In this document: positions 1 to 12,232 of the stretch, in pieces | Layout of the letters: each line of letters starts with the position of its first letter | Position numbering within the stretch: the first letter of the stretch is position 1 | The notes under the pieces: model-generated | What the model saw: the letters and a program-made list of their open reading frames with translations, nothing else | Database searches by the model: none | What the model was told of the DNA's origin: nothing | NCBI RefSeq assembly: GCF_028641065.1 | Contig: NC_073377.1 | Coordinates: forward strand, 160,642,001-160,706,000 | Length of the DNA: 64,000 nt | Direction: 5' to 3' | Source of the DNA: Leucoraja erinacea | Lineage: Eukaryota | Made by a program: the position numbers and the translations under genes

Positions 1-1060
1 CACCTACGGCCGTCATTTTTGGCCACCTCGCTCAGCGCCCCCCTCCGCCGCGTGTGTGCTGAGGATTTTTCCCGTCGATGAAATATGACATTAGAGATAT
101 TAATGATTTTACAAAATTCCCCATTCTCTCTGCTGCCCCAGCTGGCGGGATAGGGGAGGGACTATAAAACCAGGAAGTGGCGTGCCCCAATCAGTCTCTG
201 CAAGTGGTGTGCCTCAATTAGTCTCTACAACATGGAGGTCTGAGCACTGAATGACTGAACAAATGTCTACTCAGCTGTAAGTACCCTTAATTTGGTTTGA
301 AAATGAAAATATGGTTATGGTTTGTTTGAAGGAAAAAAGCACTGCCCGCAAATGGTTGTTTGGGGGGTTTGGGTTGAGTAAAAAGGCATTCTCTCTCTCT
401 CTCTCTCCCTATCCCTCTTTCTTCTCTCCCCCTCTCCCCTCTCCCTTCTCCTCTCCTCTCCCCCCCCCCCTCCCCCTCTCCCCCCCCCCCCCTCCCCCCC
501 CCTTCTCTCTCCCCCCCCCCCTCCTCTCTCCCCCCCCCCCCTCCCCCCCCCCCCCCTCTCCCCCCCCTCCCCCCTCCCTCCCCCCCCTCCTCCCCCCCCT
601 CCCCCCCCTCCTCTCTCCCCCCCCCCCTCTCTCTCCCCCCCTTTCTCTTTCCCATACCTCCCATTCATCCCCACCGTCCCTCCCCTAAACTCCCCTGCCC
701 TCCCCACACCCCTACCCTCCACCCTCCCTGCTCCCCACCTCTCCCCCTCACTCTCACCCTCTCTCTCTCCCCTCCCCTCCACCCCCCACCTTTCCCCTCT
801 CACCACCCTCCCTCTTCTCCTCCTCGCCACCCCCTCTCCCTCTTGCCCCTCTCTAGATGCGACTGCAAGTTGGGGGCTATGCGTTAGTTGATAGGGTGGT
901 TATGGGGTAAAAGGAGCAAATTAATAATATTCATATAATATCAAGGGGGGTAATTAGCGTGAGTGCGGGGGGGGGGTGGGGAAGGGATAGTTAGTGTGTG
1001 CGACGCTGCATGCCGCCTCCCCCCCCCCCCACAACCACACGTTGGGGGAACAGACCCACA
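1..1060 (+). mobile_element. Non-autonomous Helitron-like element; 5' end outside the window, 3' end truncated; internal C/T-rich tract
   Basis: Bases 1-180 match the reverse complement of 5290-5455, which lies inside an element with TC/CTAG ends. It ends in the family 3' motif cgttgggggaac, but the terminal hairpin and CTAG are lost at a SINE junction. Confidence 0.7.
388..855. repeat. Polypyrimidine (C/T) low-complexity tract
   Basis: About 470 bp made almost only of C and T. It generates the spurious Pro/Gly-rich ORFs at 287-830. Confidence 0.95.
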
Positions 1061-1067
1061 ATATATA

Positions 1068-1175
1068 TATTGTCCCTAGTGTGTGTAGGATAGTGTTAAA
1101 ATGTGGGGATCACTGATTGGCATGGACTCGGTGGGCTGAAGGCGTTGTGTCTCTCAACTAAATAAACTAAACTAA
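1068..1175 (+). mobile_element. 3' part of an HE1/V-SINE-like SINE with CR1-derived tail
   Basis: ttgtccctagtgtgtgtaggatagtgtt...gggctgaagg...(ctaaa)n; homologous to the 3' part of 10443-10665. Confidence 0.65.
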
Positions 1176-1799
1176 AATTTATTTAATTTATCTTTTGTGT
1201 GTTGTCCAAATCTATGTGCCATTGATGTTGCTGCAAATAAGGTTTTCATTGTACCTGTACTTCACCATGCTTGTGCACGTGACAACAAACTTGACTTGAA
1301 CTATGCATAAAGATCTGTTGAAACAATATACAATAGGAAACAAAATTCTTACTGCATGCAAGGGAGCCCTGAACAGCTTTTCCCATCACAATGTTCACAT
1401 TTATACTCCTAAGTTACAACAAATCTTTATGACTGCCTGCACACACAGTCAAGAATGTAACCTTGCCTGAATGGAAAACAACGCAACAAAGCTCAACATC
1501 ACCCCATTCAAAACCAGAGCTACTGATGAAGCAGGCATACTGCACCTTAAAAATAGACTCCTAATATCAATATATAATTACAATAACTGGAACAGCTTCT
1601 TGACTAATTCTCCCAAGCACACCTCGTCCATCCAAAAACAGCAAGGAAGTATGGAATCATTACCCTACTCAAGTTCCCCTCAATCTTGCACACCATCCTG
1701 ATTTGAACATGTAATTGCTGTTCCTTTATTATTACTGTGCAAAAGTTCAAGATAAGCTGATACTACCTTCATAGCAACTGCTGGCAATGCCAGCAAACC

Positions 1800-2428
1800 C
1801 ACTTCCTGGACCACACATATTTACCATGAAAGCACACCAAAAACCTCTACTTCATTAGAAGGCTTAGGAAGTTTGGCATGGCCCCTACATCTATCATCAA
1901 CTTCTACAGATGTACCATAAATAGCATTTTATCAGGATCTATCACAGCTTGGTTCGGGAACAGCTCCATCCAAGACCACAAGAAATTGTGGACGCAGCCC
2001 AAACCATCACAAACCAATTTTCCTTCTTTTGACTCCATTCATACCACACAAGTCTCCCAGCATAATTAAGGGCAAGTTGCACCCTGGCCACTCCCTCTTC
2101 TCCCCTCTCCCATAGGCAAGAGGTATAGCAGTGTGAAAACGCACACATCCAGATTCAGGGACTGCTTCTTCCCAGCTATTATCAGGCAACTGAATCATCC
2201 TGTCACAACAAAGTGAGCAGTGCTGAACTACTGTCTACCTCCTTGGTGAACCTTGGACTGTTTGATCAAACTTTGCTGGCTTTACCTTGCACTAAACATT
2301 ATTCGCTTATCATGTATCTATACACAGTAAATGGCTCGATTGTAATCATGATTTGTCTTTCTGCTGACTGCTTAGCATGCAACAAAAGCTTTCCACTGTA
2401 CCTCAGTACACATGACAATAAACTAAAC
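1800..2428 (+). mobile_element. Rex1/Babar LINE 3' fragment (decayed)
   Basis: Translates as FYRCTINSILSGSITAWFGN, like the C-terminus of the 12830 ORF; ends with the ...atgacaataaactaaac tail. Confidence 0.8.
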
Positions 2429-4457
2429 AGTGTGATTTACTAACATCTAGTTACTTTTTTTCTGGAGAGGGTGGGGGGGTGTGTGAGTGGGGGAGCACTG
2501 CAATAGGCATTTAAAATGTAATGTGCTCAGTTCATATGTGAATTAATAATAAAATATCCATTATAAATCTTTTTTACAAAAACATGATCCTGAATTTTTT
2601 TTTAAATAAAGGGACCTAGTTGGAGACGAGAGAAAATTGTCAAGGATTAACTTAATTAATTTAACATCGTCAAGAAAATGGTACGGTAGTTATTTTGCAT
2701 CCTATGAATGCACTGGATTTTTCTGTATCTGGCTCTTACATGGTACAGACAAAAATTAACATGAAGCAAGTTTCTTGAAAGCTGCATTTCATTACATATT
2801 CCAAGACCAGAGCGAATGTGACTGGGTAACTCCATATTGTCAATTGTGACTGTTGACATCTATTCCATAAAAGCGCTTTACAGCCCTACACAGTGTTTAT
2901 TTCAGCAGATGATTATATAATTCATAAGATCTCAAAAACAAGTTCTATTGTGTGACACTGTCAAATGCCATTACTGTATTTGAATACATTGTCACATGTG
3001 ACAAGTCACAGTGAAATTATTTGCTTGCATATCTTGCCACTGTATGCAAATAGTCGCCCATAAAGGACGCTTACAAAGTTACAAATCCCCCCCTCGCGCC
3101 AGTTCCCCCTTTATTCATCAATACAAGAAAGGTTTTGGCACAGGAGGACTATGTGCAATTGCTATGGGCAACAATAACCAGCCAGTGGGATCTGGCCCAC
3201 TGATCATTTCTCAAGATAAATTAAATTGCTGAATATCAAGCCAGTTATCAACAACATCGCCAGGCCAGGCCGACGACCCTACTACTCCAGCCCAGCGCTG
3301 CCACCAGTACAACTGCCTTTAAGGCAAAAAATAAGTCTCTACATTTTTAAAAACTTTCAAACCTGAAGGATGCGAGATGGTGTTGGAACACTGTCTGCTC
3401 ATTTGTTCCACCTCAGTGTAAGCTACTACTCTTACACAGTTAAATATGATTAGGCTAGGTAAAGATTTACTGAATGGTATGCAAAAGATAATTTTGATGT
3501 ACCTAGGTAAATGTGACAATGAAGTGCCGAAGAACCATTGAATTGATCTTCCCAAGGTGGTGAAAAGATTTATTAAAATTTTGCAAATATATTGGAAGTA
3601 CAACAGGAATCGAATGCTAATATTTTTCTCGATCCTCAGAAGTTTTTTTCCTCTTTATATATTAATTGATATTCAATATTAATTAATTAATAATTGTCAC
3701 TTCCCAAGATGAAGAGTTACGATCTGCCACCTATTTACTTATTGTAACATTTCAAATAATTTAAAACTTTACTGCTCAAGATAGTACACAATTCGTTCAA
3801 ATTACCAATTAATTATTTACCAAAAAACACCCAAGCCTTCACTTGGAGGGCAGCTTTAAAGTTGTTGCAAATCGGAATTGTTTTGGATACAAGCACCAGC
3901 ATGGTCTCCTGGATGCGAACCTTGCATAGAATCATAGAACTATACTGTATGGAAACTGGAACTTCACTTGTGGCCAATAATTATGTAAATATCTCTGCAA
4001 GTGACCCCACAATTTCTTCCTTATCTTCCCACAAGGTCTGAGAATGCACTTGGTCAGGCTCTGGGGATTATATACCTTACTGCACAACAAAACTACAATG
4101 ACTCCTCGTTGGCAATTCGTATATGATCTAAAAGCTTAATTCCTTGGCATCTATGATCTTGTACTCAGTGAAAATGGATGAGAAATGTTTAGTATTTCAC
4201 CCCCCCCCCCTCCCATCTCTCATGGCTGATCTTTCAGGGGATCTGTTCATCCCCTGCCCATCATTTATAATCTTAATTTGACGTTAATTTTATAGTTACA
4301 TTTAATTCCTTTGCATTTCACATTATTGCTTTATGGACACTTTGAGAATATTTAACTGTATTCAATTAGGACATTAAAGCTTCCAAAATACATCCAAATT
4401 TATTATTTCGATATAATGAAATTGAGTACTAAGCAAACTGACATAACATATTATATA

Positions 4458-4979
4458 CTAAACCAGGTGGGAAACCGTTGGGCCCCCTTCCCCCAACGCA
4501 ACTAGTTCCCCCAATGCAATATTCCCCCAACTGCACAGGCACAACTCATTTGCCCTCAACCCCCAACACTCCCTCCCCTCCTCCTCTCCCCGCTCCGCCA
4601 CTTCTCACCTCTCCCCTATTTGCACTCCCCCACTAAACACAATGTTTAAATATCATGTCTCCCCCTCCACCACTCTCCTTACAGCAATGCAACAAATCTG
4701 TCATTGCACTGGGTGAAAACTGTTGAAAGGCAGTTTATGTAAATGGGATGCCATTGTGATGTCATTGTCAGGTGGAGCACTGTTCACGGGAAGTTATGTA
4801 AATGAGATCCCACTGTGGCGTCATAGTTGTGACTGCCAGCAACTGCCACTGCAGAGTTCGTCATTCTTTCTCAAACTGCATTTTGTAAAGTTGGAAATGT
4901 TAATAATTAGCAAAGTATAACATCAATCTGAACGAAATGTCATAGAAGCACATCACACACACACACTTTTAGTAATATA
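4458..4979 (-). mobile_element. Non-autonomous Helitron A (last 4 nt of its 5' end displaced to 5522-5525)
   Basis: Minus-strand 3' end is a degenerate hairpin plus TTAG (CTAG variant) at 4458. Its 5' motif (TA)TATTACTAAAA lies at about 4967-4979. The interior matches 5760-5945. Confidence 0.7.
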
Positions 4980-5521
4980 CTAGACTAAGTGGGGGGAGGG
5001 CTAGAATAGACATTGTGGGCAGAATGGTTTCTTGGGCTGGCAGCCAACTGTTGCACCGATTTTAAAAGCCAAGCCAAGGCAAACAATTTGTCTGCAGCCA
5101 CCCAACAATCAAAATTCATTTTGTGAACACAAACTTGTTAAAAAGGCGAGGCACACAATTGGGCTGCAGCCACCTTACAGCCGCATCGAGGGGACTCACC
5201 GTGGAGTAGACATGCGTTCAGCTTTATTCGCAGCTCAGAGAGCCATGACCCTCTCGCTTCCTGGATCTGGCAGAGACAGAGTGAGGGACTACATTTCCGG
5301 GTTTTATAGTCCCTCTCCCCAGCAGAGAGAATGGGGAATTTTTTTAAAACATTAATATCTCTATGATTTTTCATCGATGGGAAAAATCCTCCGGTCCCGG
5401 AAGGCGGAGGGGGGCTCTGAGAGAGGTGGCCAAAAATGACAGCAGTAAGTGGGGACGTTCTCTCGGAAATCTCACCATAGCGAGCCAAAAGCGGTCAAGA
5501 TCAGACTTTTAGTAATATAGA
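4980..5521 (-). mobile_element. Non-autonomous Helitron B, nested in the 5' terminus of Helitron A
   Basis: Minus strand reads A|TCTATATTACTAAAAGTCTGATCTTG ... CCCACTTAGTCTAG|T, i.e. an A^T target with no TSD. Confidence 0.8.
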
Positions 5522-5530
5522 TAGAAGATA

Positions 5531-6068
5531 CTAGACCAAGTAGGACCTGCTGGGCCCCGTCTCCCCAACGCAATGCAATATTGCACCACTCAACCGTCCC
5601 CCCCAACGCAACTCGTTTCTACCAGTCACCCGGCGTTGGCACTCACCCCCCCCCCCCCCAACCACCACAATGAAAACCACAATGTTTTTTAGTAAATTAA
5701 ACCTCAGGTTGGCGGAAGCAGTGCTCATCTCCCACAAGGAAAATTCTAGAATGGCAGGCTGGAAGACTGTTCACAGCAGGTTATGTGAATGAGATCCCAT
5801 TGTGACGTCATAGCTGTAATTGCCAGCAACTGCCACTGCAGTTCAAGTCATACTTTCTCAAACTGCATTTTGTAAAGTTGAAAATGTGAATAAATTGTAA
5901 AATACAACATCAATATGAACAAAACTTGTTGAAAGCACACCACAAGACAATTGTAAGTAAGGTGGTGCAAAAATTATAGCGCTATCATGTGCTGTTTTGG
6001 TGTAATTTCTGGATCCCACTCACTCAGATTTCCAATCAAACAAGATGAGAGTTTTAGTAATATATAGA
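5531..6068 (-). mobile_element. Non-autonomous Helitron C
   Basis: Minus strand reads TCTATATATTACTAAAACTCTCATCTTG ... GGGCCCAGCAGGTCC (hairpin) TACTTGGTCTAG|T. Confidence 0.8.
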
Positions 6069-6069
6069 C

Positions 6070-6545
6070 AGGTATATTTATGTTTGCAGATGACACAAAA
6101 TTAATGGTGATGTGGATAGTGAGAAAGGTTGTCCAAGACTACTGAAGGATTTGAGCAAATGGAATTCAAATTGATGATGGAAGGTGATGTTCAATATGAG
6201 AGGTGATATACAATAAATAGTTAGGCACCAAGGGTTTTTTTTTTTTTATGAACAGAGGGATCTTGGGGAACACATTTATATTCCCCTTAAAGTTGGAACC
6301 TAGGTAGATAGGGTAATGAAGGTGGTATATAATATTTGGCTTCATGGGTTTAGGCAGAGAACATAACAGGTAAAACTTTACAAAATATTTATTAGATTGC
6401 ACCTGGAATATTGTGTGTAGCTCCAGTTGCCCCAGTCGTGGAAAGATGTGGTTGTTCTGGAGCGAGTATGGAGGAAATTCACCAGAAAGTTGCCTGGACA
6501 AAAAGACTAATTATGGATTTAAGAAATTGCAGAGTTGTGGATGTA
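6070..6545 (+). mobile_element. CR1 LINE RT fragment (decayed)
   Basis: tttgcagatgacacaaaa (FADDTK) and cacctggaatattgtgtg (HLEYCV) motifs, with many stops. Confidence 0.75.
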
Positions 6546-7379
6546 GCCCAGTCCTTCACACAAACCAGCACCTCCCCTTTCCCACCACAACCTCCCCATC
6601 AACTACATCTACATTTCATTCTGCCTCAGGAAAGTTTCCAAGCAAATCAAGCACCAACTACACCCAGCAATTCCCTCTCCTTCCATCTCCCGTTGTATTT
6701 TCTGCAGATACAAAAGCTCGAAAGCATGTATAACCAGGTTCAAAAATATCTTCTTCCCCGTTACTGATCACGGAATGATCCTCTTAACAGCCTGATCGCT
6801 CAACCTACCTCAATGCAGCTCCTGCACTAATATTAACACTATATTTTGCACTCTGGTATTTGTCTATTTGCAATACTTCTTGTATTTGTGTATAGCGTGA
6901 TTTTACTCATGTAATGTATGATGCGACTAAATAGTATGCAGACAAAAATTTTCACTGTATCTCAATACATGTGAAAATAATAAATCAATACATAACTTTA
7001 ACCTATTCATCGGTGATTTCAGAAAGTATTTCCTTGCACAAAGGCAAATCAGGGCGAGTTAATAGGCAGGTGAGAAATAGTAGGTTACAGGGAAGTGGGA
7101 GAAATGCAACTGTTGGGATGCTAGGTGCCAAAATAAATTAGATGGGCCAAAGAGCCAACTTTATGAGCTAAATAGCCTTTTTCTATACTGCAAGGTGATG
7201 AAAAGGCAAACTTACACATCTTTCAGCACTCCAGCACCTTTACTATTAAAAACTAGGTATACCTCAATGCAGACAAAAATGTCACCGGGAACATGAAATA
7301 TAACTAGGATTTAGTGATTCATCCTTTCATGCATGCTCTGCATTCCATTAGACCATGACTTATTTTTATCTCGCACTGC

Positions 7380-9660
7380 TTTTGCGATTCCCTTTATATA
7401 AAAAAATCAATTGATCTCAGTCTTGACTCTGCTCAGCGATTAAGACATAAACCTCATGGGAAAGTGGATTCCATAGAAATGCCACTCTTGGGTGAAGCCA
7501 TTTCCTCCCATCTGCTTGGGATGGCTGACCTTTTAGTATAAAATTGTGCCCTACCTCTGGACACTATAGCACCTTCAAGAAAGATAATAGACTCATCTAC
7601 CCTATCCAACCTCTTATGATTGTTGTAGATCTCAAGAAGATAATTCAAAATTTTCTAAAGTCGAGTGTTCAGACCTAATCTACTTAATCTCTTCAAATAT
7701 GACAAACATGCCAACCCACGAACTAACTTAGTGAAACTTTGCATGTATATCTTTCCTTAAATATGGAGACAAGTCTATTTATACAATATTCCTGATGGGT
7801 CATATTGGTGGTCTATAGATGAATTAAGAAGGATCTACTCTTGTATTCAGTTTTTTTACAGTAAACGTCAACATACCATTTGGCTTCCTAGTTGCTGGGT
7901 GAACCTTCTAATCTATACTATTACTAAAACTCTGATCTTGGCCACTTCCGGACTGCGTTGTATTTAAATTTGCACAAAAACGATCCCCCGTAGCGCTACG
8001 ATTTTTTTCCACCTTACTCACCATTCTACTCTGCTGCAAGTCAAATAAGTTTTGTTCCGATCAGTGAAATAGTGCAAAAGTTATGAAGGTTTAAAAATCG
8101 TAAAAACCGCCCCTTCCGGAACCCGCTGTGGCGAGGAGAATAAAAAGCTGAAGGGGCGCAGCATGTTGAGCAGCTTTTGGAGAGTCAGCAGCTCGCGGAG
8201 AGTGTGCAGCCTGCGGAGAGTGTGCTGCGACGACCAGCTGCGGCCAGCGACGGAAGCTGCTGAGTTGATCCGCAAGTCTCTGATTGAAGCTGGAGTGGAA
8301 CCGGGATCTGATGCATGAGGCCGAAAGCTGAAGGTGCGGGGTGAGCAGAGTGCGAACTCCCCCTCCCCACATTCCCCTTCCCCACATCCACCACATCCAC
8401 TCCCCCCCCCCCCCCCCCTTCCCCACACCCCCTCCCCCAAGTAGTGGAATATTGCTTTGGGGGAACGGGTTGCGTTGGGGGAACGGGTGAGTGGTGGAAT
8501 ATTGCATTGGGGAATAGGTTGTGTTGGGGGGGGACCAGGCCTCCCGTGTGACTGGGACCCAACGGGTCCCACTTAGTCTAGTATGACTAAAATGCCATCC
8601 CAAGAACTAATCCAGTATAACTTTGCAAGTACATCCTTCCTTAAATAGGGAGACAAGCCTTGCACATAACATTCCAGATGGGGTCATATGGGCGCTCAAG
8701 AGTTTAATCGAGGTGGATCTATTCTTGTGTTCAAATCTTTTGGCAGAAAATTAAACATATAATTTGTCTTCCTAGTTACTAAGTGAACATGCATGTCAAC
8801 ATTTCGCAATTTGAGAAGAAATTAAAGTGCAACTGAACAAAACATCGTTCAAACGAAATACTCTGCCCTTTTTCATCCTCTACCAAAGAGGATAGATCAT
8901 CCATTTTTTGATTTTTCCCACACACTATATATTCCATGTCCGGCATGTGTACACTTACCTCACCCAAATACATCCCCCAAAGTCACTCTGCATCCTTTTC
9001 ACGGCCCACATTATCATTTAGCTTTGCATATCAGCCACCCTGTAACTTCAACGCAGATTTTCCTCATCCAAATCACTGCCAGCAAGAGCCCCAGTATCGA
9101 TCTCTGCAGCACCTCAACAAGTCACATCTCAATCCACGCAGCATATAGTCCCCGATACTCCATGTTCTAATTTTGCTTAATTAATCTTGTTTGGCACTTG
9201 CACAACAACAACTATTCCTTTGGAATACATTCTAACATTATTGCTGCTATTGATAACAGGCTAACTGATTTTCCATTCTCTTTTTTCCACTCCATTTAAA
9301 AAAAAGTGCATTTACATTTGCTACCTTACAATCTACGAGAATTTATGCAAGATTGGAAGATATAACCAGTAATCAATTATCACCATACGCATCTCATTCA
9401 AAACTCTTGGGTGCAGGCCATCTGGTTCAAGGGATTTATAGATTGAATCCTGTTAGTTTTTTATCCAAGTGAATTTCTTTGCTTTACATGGACCTGTAGT
9501 TTTCCCCTATATGCATTTCATTAAGACAGACACAAAATCATTGTTTAATTTCAATGCCTTTTCTTTATTCCCCATTATAATTTCTCCTGCTTTTGTCTGC
9601 AAGGGATCCACATTAACTTCTGCTAACCTTTTCAATTTTATATTCTTGTAGAAACTCTAC
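7380..9660 (-). mobile_element. Old CR1 LINE fragments interrupted by Helitron D
   Basis: Degenerate CR1 ORF2 and 3'-end motifs on the minus strand; no open frame. Confidence 0.6.
7912..8581 (+). mobile_element. Complete non-autonomous Helitron D (670 bp)
   Basis: A|TCTATACTATTACTAAAACTCTGATCTTG ... GGGACCC-AAC-GGGTCCC (perfect 7-bp hairpin, 8554-8570) ACTTAGTCTAG|T. These are canonical Helitron termini with an AT target and no TSD. Confidence 0.9.
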
Positions 9661-9789
9661 ATAGCCAGTTAGACTCAGTTTGTTTTAATCAAGTTAAAGA
9701 CTGGTTTCACATTCACATTTACATTTTAGTTTTTTTAAATTGTCACAAAACGCTCACTCTTTCCCAACTCCAAGATCACCAATAACCTG

Positions 9790-9912
9790 TTGGAACAACG
9801 AACTGCAGGTGCTAGTTTAAACAAGACAAAGTGCTGGAGTAACTCAGCAGGTCAAGCAGCATCACTGGAGAACATGGATAGGGAAAGCATTTGGGGTCGG
9901 AATGCTTCACCA
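9790..9912 (-). mobile_element. Penelope-like element 3' end (decayed)
   Basis: gctggagtaactcagcaggtcaagcagcatc motif, shared with the GIY-YIG-bearing copies. Confidence 0.65.
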
Positions 9913-10073
9913 ATAACCTTTCCACTCAACACATTTCTTTGGTTTCTCAACATACTGACCTAGACAAATACGCACTCCTGAAATTCAGCTTCCACTCAAT
10001 ATTGCTCATTTAATTTGCCACCTATATCATTTATGTTCCCATGTTAGACGCATCTCTAATGTCATGATTTCCA

Positions 10074-10235
10074 TAAAGGGCCTGTCCCACTTACACAATT
10101 TTTTTGGACGACTGACGGCACCTGTCATAGTTGCAGCAGGTCGCCGAAAATGTTGAAAATGTTGAAAATCCAGCGACGATCTGAAAAAGGTACGACTCTT
10201 TGGGCGACTACTCGCAAGCAAACAGGTGTCACTGT
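10074..10235. mobile_element. Truncated MITE with one TIR, related to 63412-63632
   Basis: Begins taaagggcctgtcccact, matching the MITE TIR taatgcccctgtcccact; no second TIR found. Confidence 0.55.
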
Positions 10236-10442
10236 GGGGGCTTATATGCAGTTGTCACTATTAACAAGAGAGGGAAAACAGGAAACAATGTCTGACATAG
10301 GTTGTGGGAAAGTGCTTGGTATTCATTATATAGTGACAAGGCACTTAAGAATAAATATGAAATCAGGCAGAGTCAACATGGATTTATGAAAGTAAAATCA
10401 TGTTCAACAAAGCTATTTGGGTATTTTGGGCCCAACAGAATT

Positions 10443-10665
10443 AGGACCGCACAGTCGTGCAGTGGTAGAGTTGCTGCCTTGCAGCTCAAGAGACCCGGTT
10501 CTGTTCCTAACTACACATGATGTCTGTACTGAGTTTGTATGTTTTCACTAGGAACTCTGGTTTCCTCCACACCAAAGATGTACAGGTTTGTAGGTTAACT
10601 GGTTTCAGTAAAAATAAAAATTGTCCCCAGTGTCGAGGATAGTGTTAGTGTGCAGGGTGATCGCA
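10443..10665 (+). mobile_element. tRNA-derived HE1/V-SINE-like SINE
   Basis: Degenerate A box (tcgtgcagtggtagag) and B-box-like ccggttctgttcc, followed by the gagtttgtatgtt...ggtttcctcc core. Confidence 0.75.
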
Positions 10666-10953
10666 GGTCTTTTCTGGACAACCTTTGATAAGATGCCACA
10701 CAAGAGATTAAAGTACATCATACTGTGCAAAATGAACATTGGTTAATGGACAGAAAACATTGAGTAGGAACAAAAAGGCAATTCATGGGTTGCAAGATTT
10801 TGACAAATGTCCTACAGGGATCTGTTTTGAGGTTTTAGTTGATCATGATCTATATTACCAATTTGAATGAGAGTACAAAGTACGATATATCCAAGTTGAC
10901 GGGTGATATAAAAAGCTGCCTGACAGTGAGAAATTTGTGGAGTATACAGTAAG

Positions 10954-11667
10954 TGTAAGAGCACCCCTGCCCTTCTCCTTGGATGCGCTCTGATTCCCAT
11001 CACTGGCAGAGGCCAGGAGAGGCCAATCCTCAGCATCGCTGGTAACATGTGGGTCCAATTAGCCAACATTGGATTAACCCACCTAAACCCCGTCTACCAC
11101 CTGCTTATCGGAAAGGAGAGAAAATGGAATATTTCCCTGCTAGCTGCCTCCCCTGTTGCAGGACCGAGGAAGACCACCAACACCACCGTGTGGTCAAAAC
11201 TGGCCTGCCAGGAAGAAGCCCTAGACAACCACGCCTCTACTTTGGATAAGACAGAGCGCCGGGGCAAGCCTGAGACGGCAGTGCCTCTTCCGGTCTCTGG
11301 ACAATGAGGGACTGCACCCACACATGGAGGCAAAGTCTGAACTGCCAGGATAAGCCAGAGAACACCAGTGCCGCCTCTTCCAGCCCAAAAGCCGAGCTGC
11401 CAGGATAAATCAGAGGCCGCCAGCATTTCCTGTCATCGCAAGGGTGAACTGCAGGAAGAAGCCAGAGATCACCACGCCTTCAATACCAGGACTGAGTGAC
11501 TGGGATAAGCCACCAGCACCACTACACATGTGCCCCGATGACGAGGGATAACACCCCTATGTGGTCCTGGCACTGTAAATGAAACCTATCATGCACGTTC
11601 ACCTTCCTGCGAGTGTCGGTGTGGTCACTGCTGAATCCGGCATTACCCCTGAAGCATAGCACGGACA
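10954..11667 (+). mobile_element. Old LTR-like insert with internal degenerate repeats
   Basis: Starts TGTAAGAG, interrupts a CR1, and holds about 6 degenerate copies of ccaggawaagccagag..cacca. No clear TSD. Confidence 0.4.
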
Positions 11668-11974
11668 TGGTTTAATTGAACACAACATGGAAAAATGCAA
11701 AATTATCCACTTTGGTACAACAATTGATTTTCTCATTATTTGTTTTTAAATATGGGAGATTAAAAAGTACAAGTGTTGAGAAGATCCAAGCTCTCTTAGC
11801 AATCAGGTATAAACATTTATGAAAGTATACTACATACTGGACTTTATTGCAATAAGTTCAAAGTTATAATATCATCTTACTGCAATTATAAATGGGGCAC
11901 TGGGCCTAGAATATTGTGTGTAAGTCTTTCAAAGGAAAGGCAAGTCACAGGGAGTTCAACAAAGATTCACCTTA

Positions 11975-12232
11975 GTGACACAAAGACAGAATGCTGAACA
12001 TATTCAGCAAGTCATGCAGTGTCAATGACAAGAGAAACAGTTATGTTTTGGGTCAAAGACACAACTCACCCAGTCTGGCAGCATCTCTGGAAAAAATGGA
12101 TAGGAGATGTTTTGGGTTGGGACCCTTCTTCAGACCAGTCTGAAAAGGGTCTTGATCCAAAACCAGTCCCGACCCAAAACGTCACCTATCCACTTTCTCC
12201 AGAGAAGCTGCCAGACCTGCTCAGTTACTCAT
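11975..12232. mobile_element. Inverted (fold-back) pair of Penelope 3' ends
   Basis: 12063-12136 (minus) and 12136-12230 (plus) are approximate reverse complements meeting at cttcagac-ca-gtctgaa. Confidence 0.75.

Larger units (their letters stand above)
10240..11975 (+). mobile_element. Decayed CR1 RT region interrupted by a SINE and an LTR-like insert
   Basis: IRQSQHGFMKVKSCSTKL and FDKMPHKRL motifs; attatccactttgg resumes after 11670. Confidence 0.7.

Noticed and set aside
2740-2859. Minus-strand 120-nt exon candidate (MSTVTIDNMELPSHIRSGLG...), donor CAT|GTAAGA
   Set aside because: The acceptor polypyrimidine tract is weak and neither open frame resembles a protein I recognise. It cannot be supported without RNA data.
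3110-3316. Minus-strand acceptor ttttttgccttaaag|G suggesting an exon
   Set aside because: The frames close soon, no matching donor was found, and the nearby AATAAA lies at the edge of a LINE-tail remnant.
10954-11667. Firm solo-LTR call
   Set aside because: No matching TSD or confident 3' CA end was found; it is kept only as a low-confidence feature.
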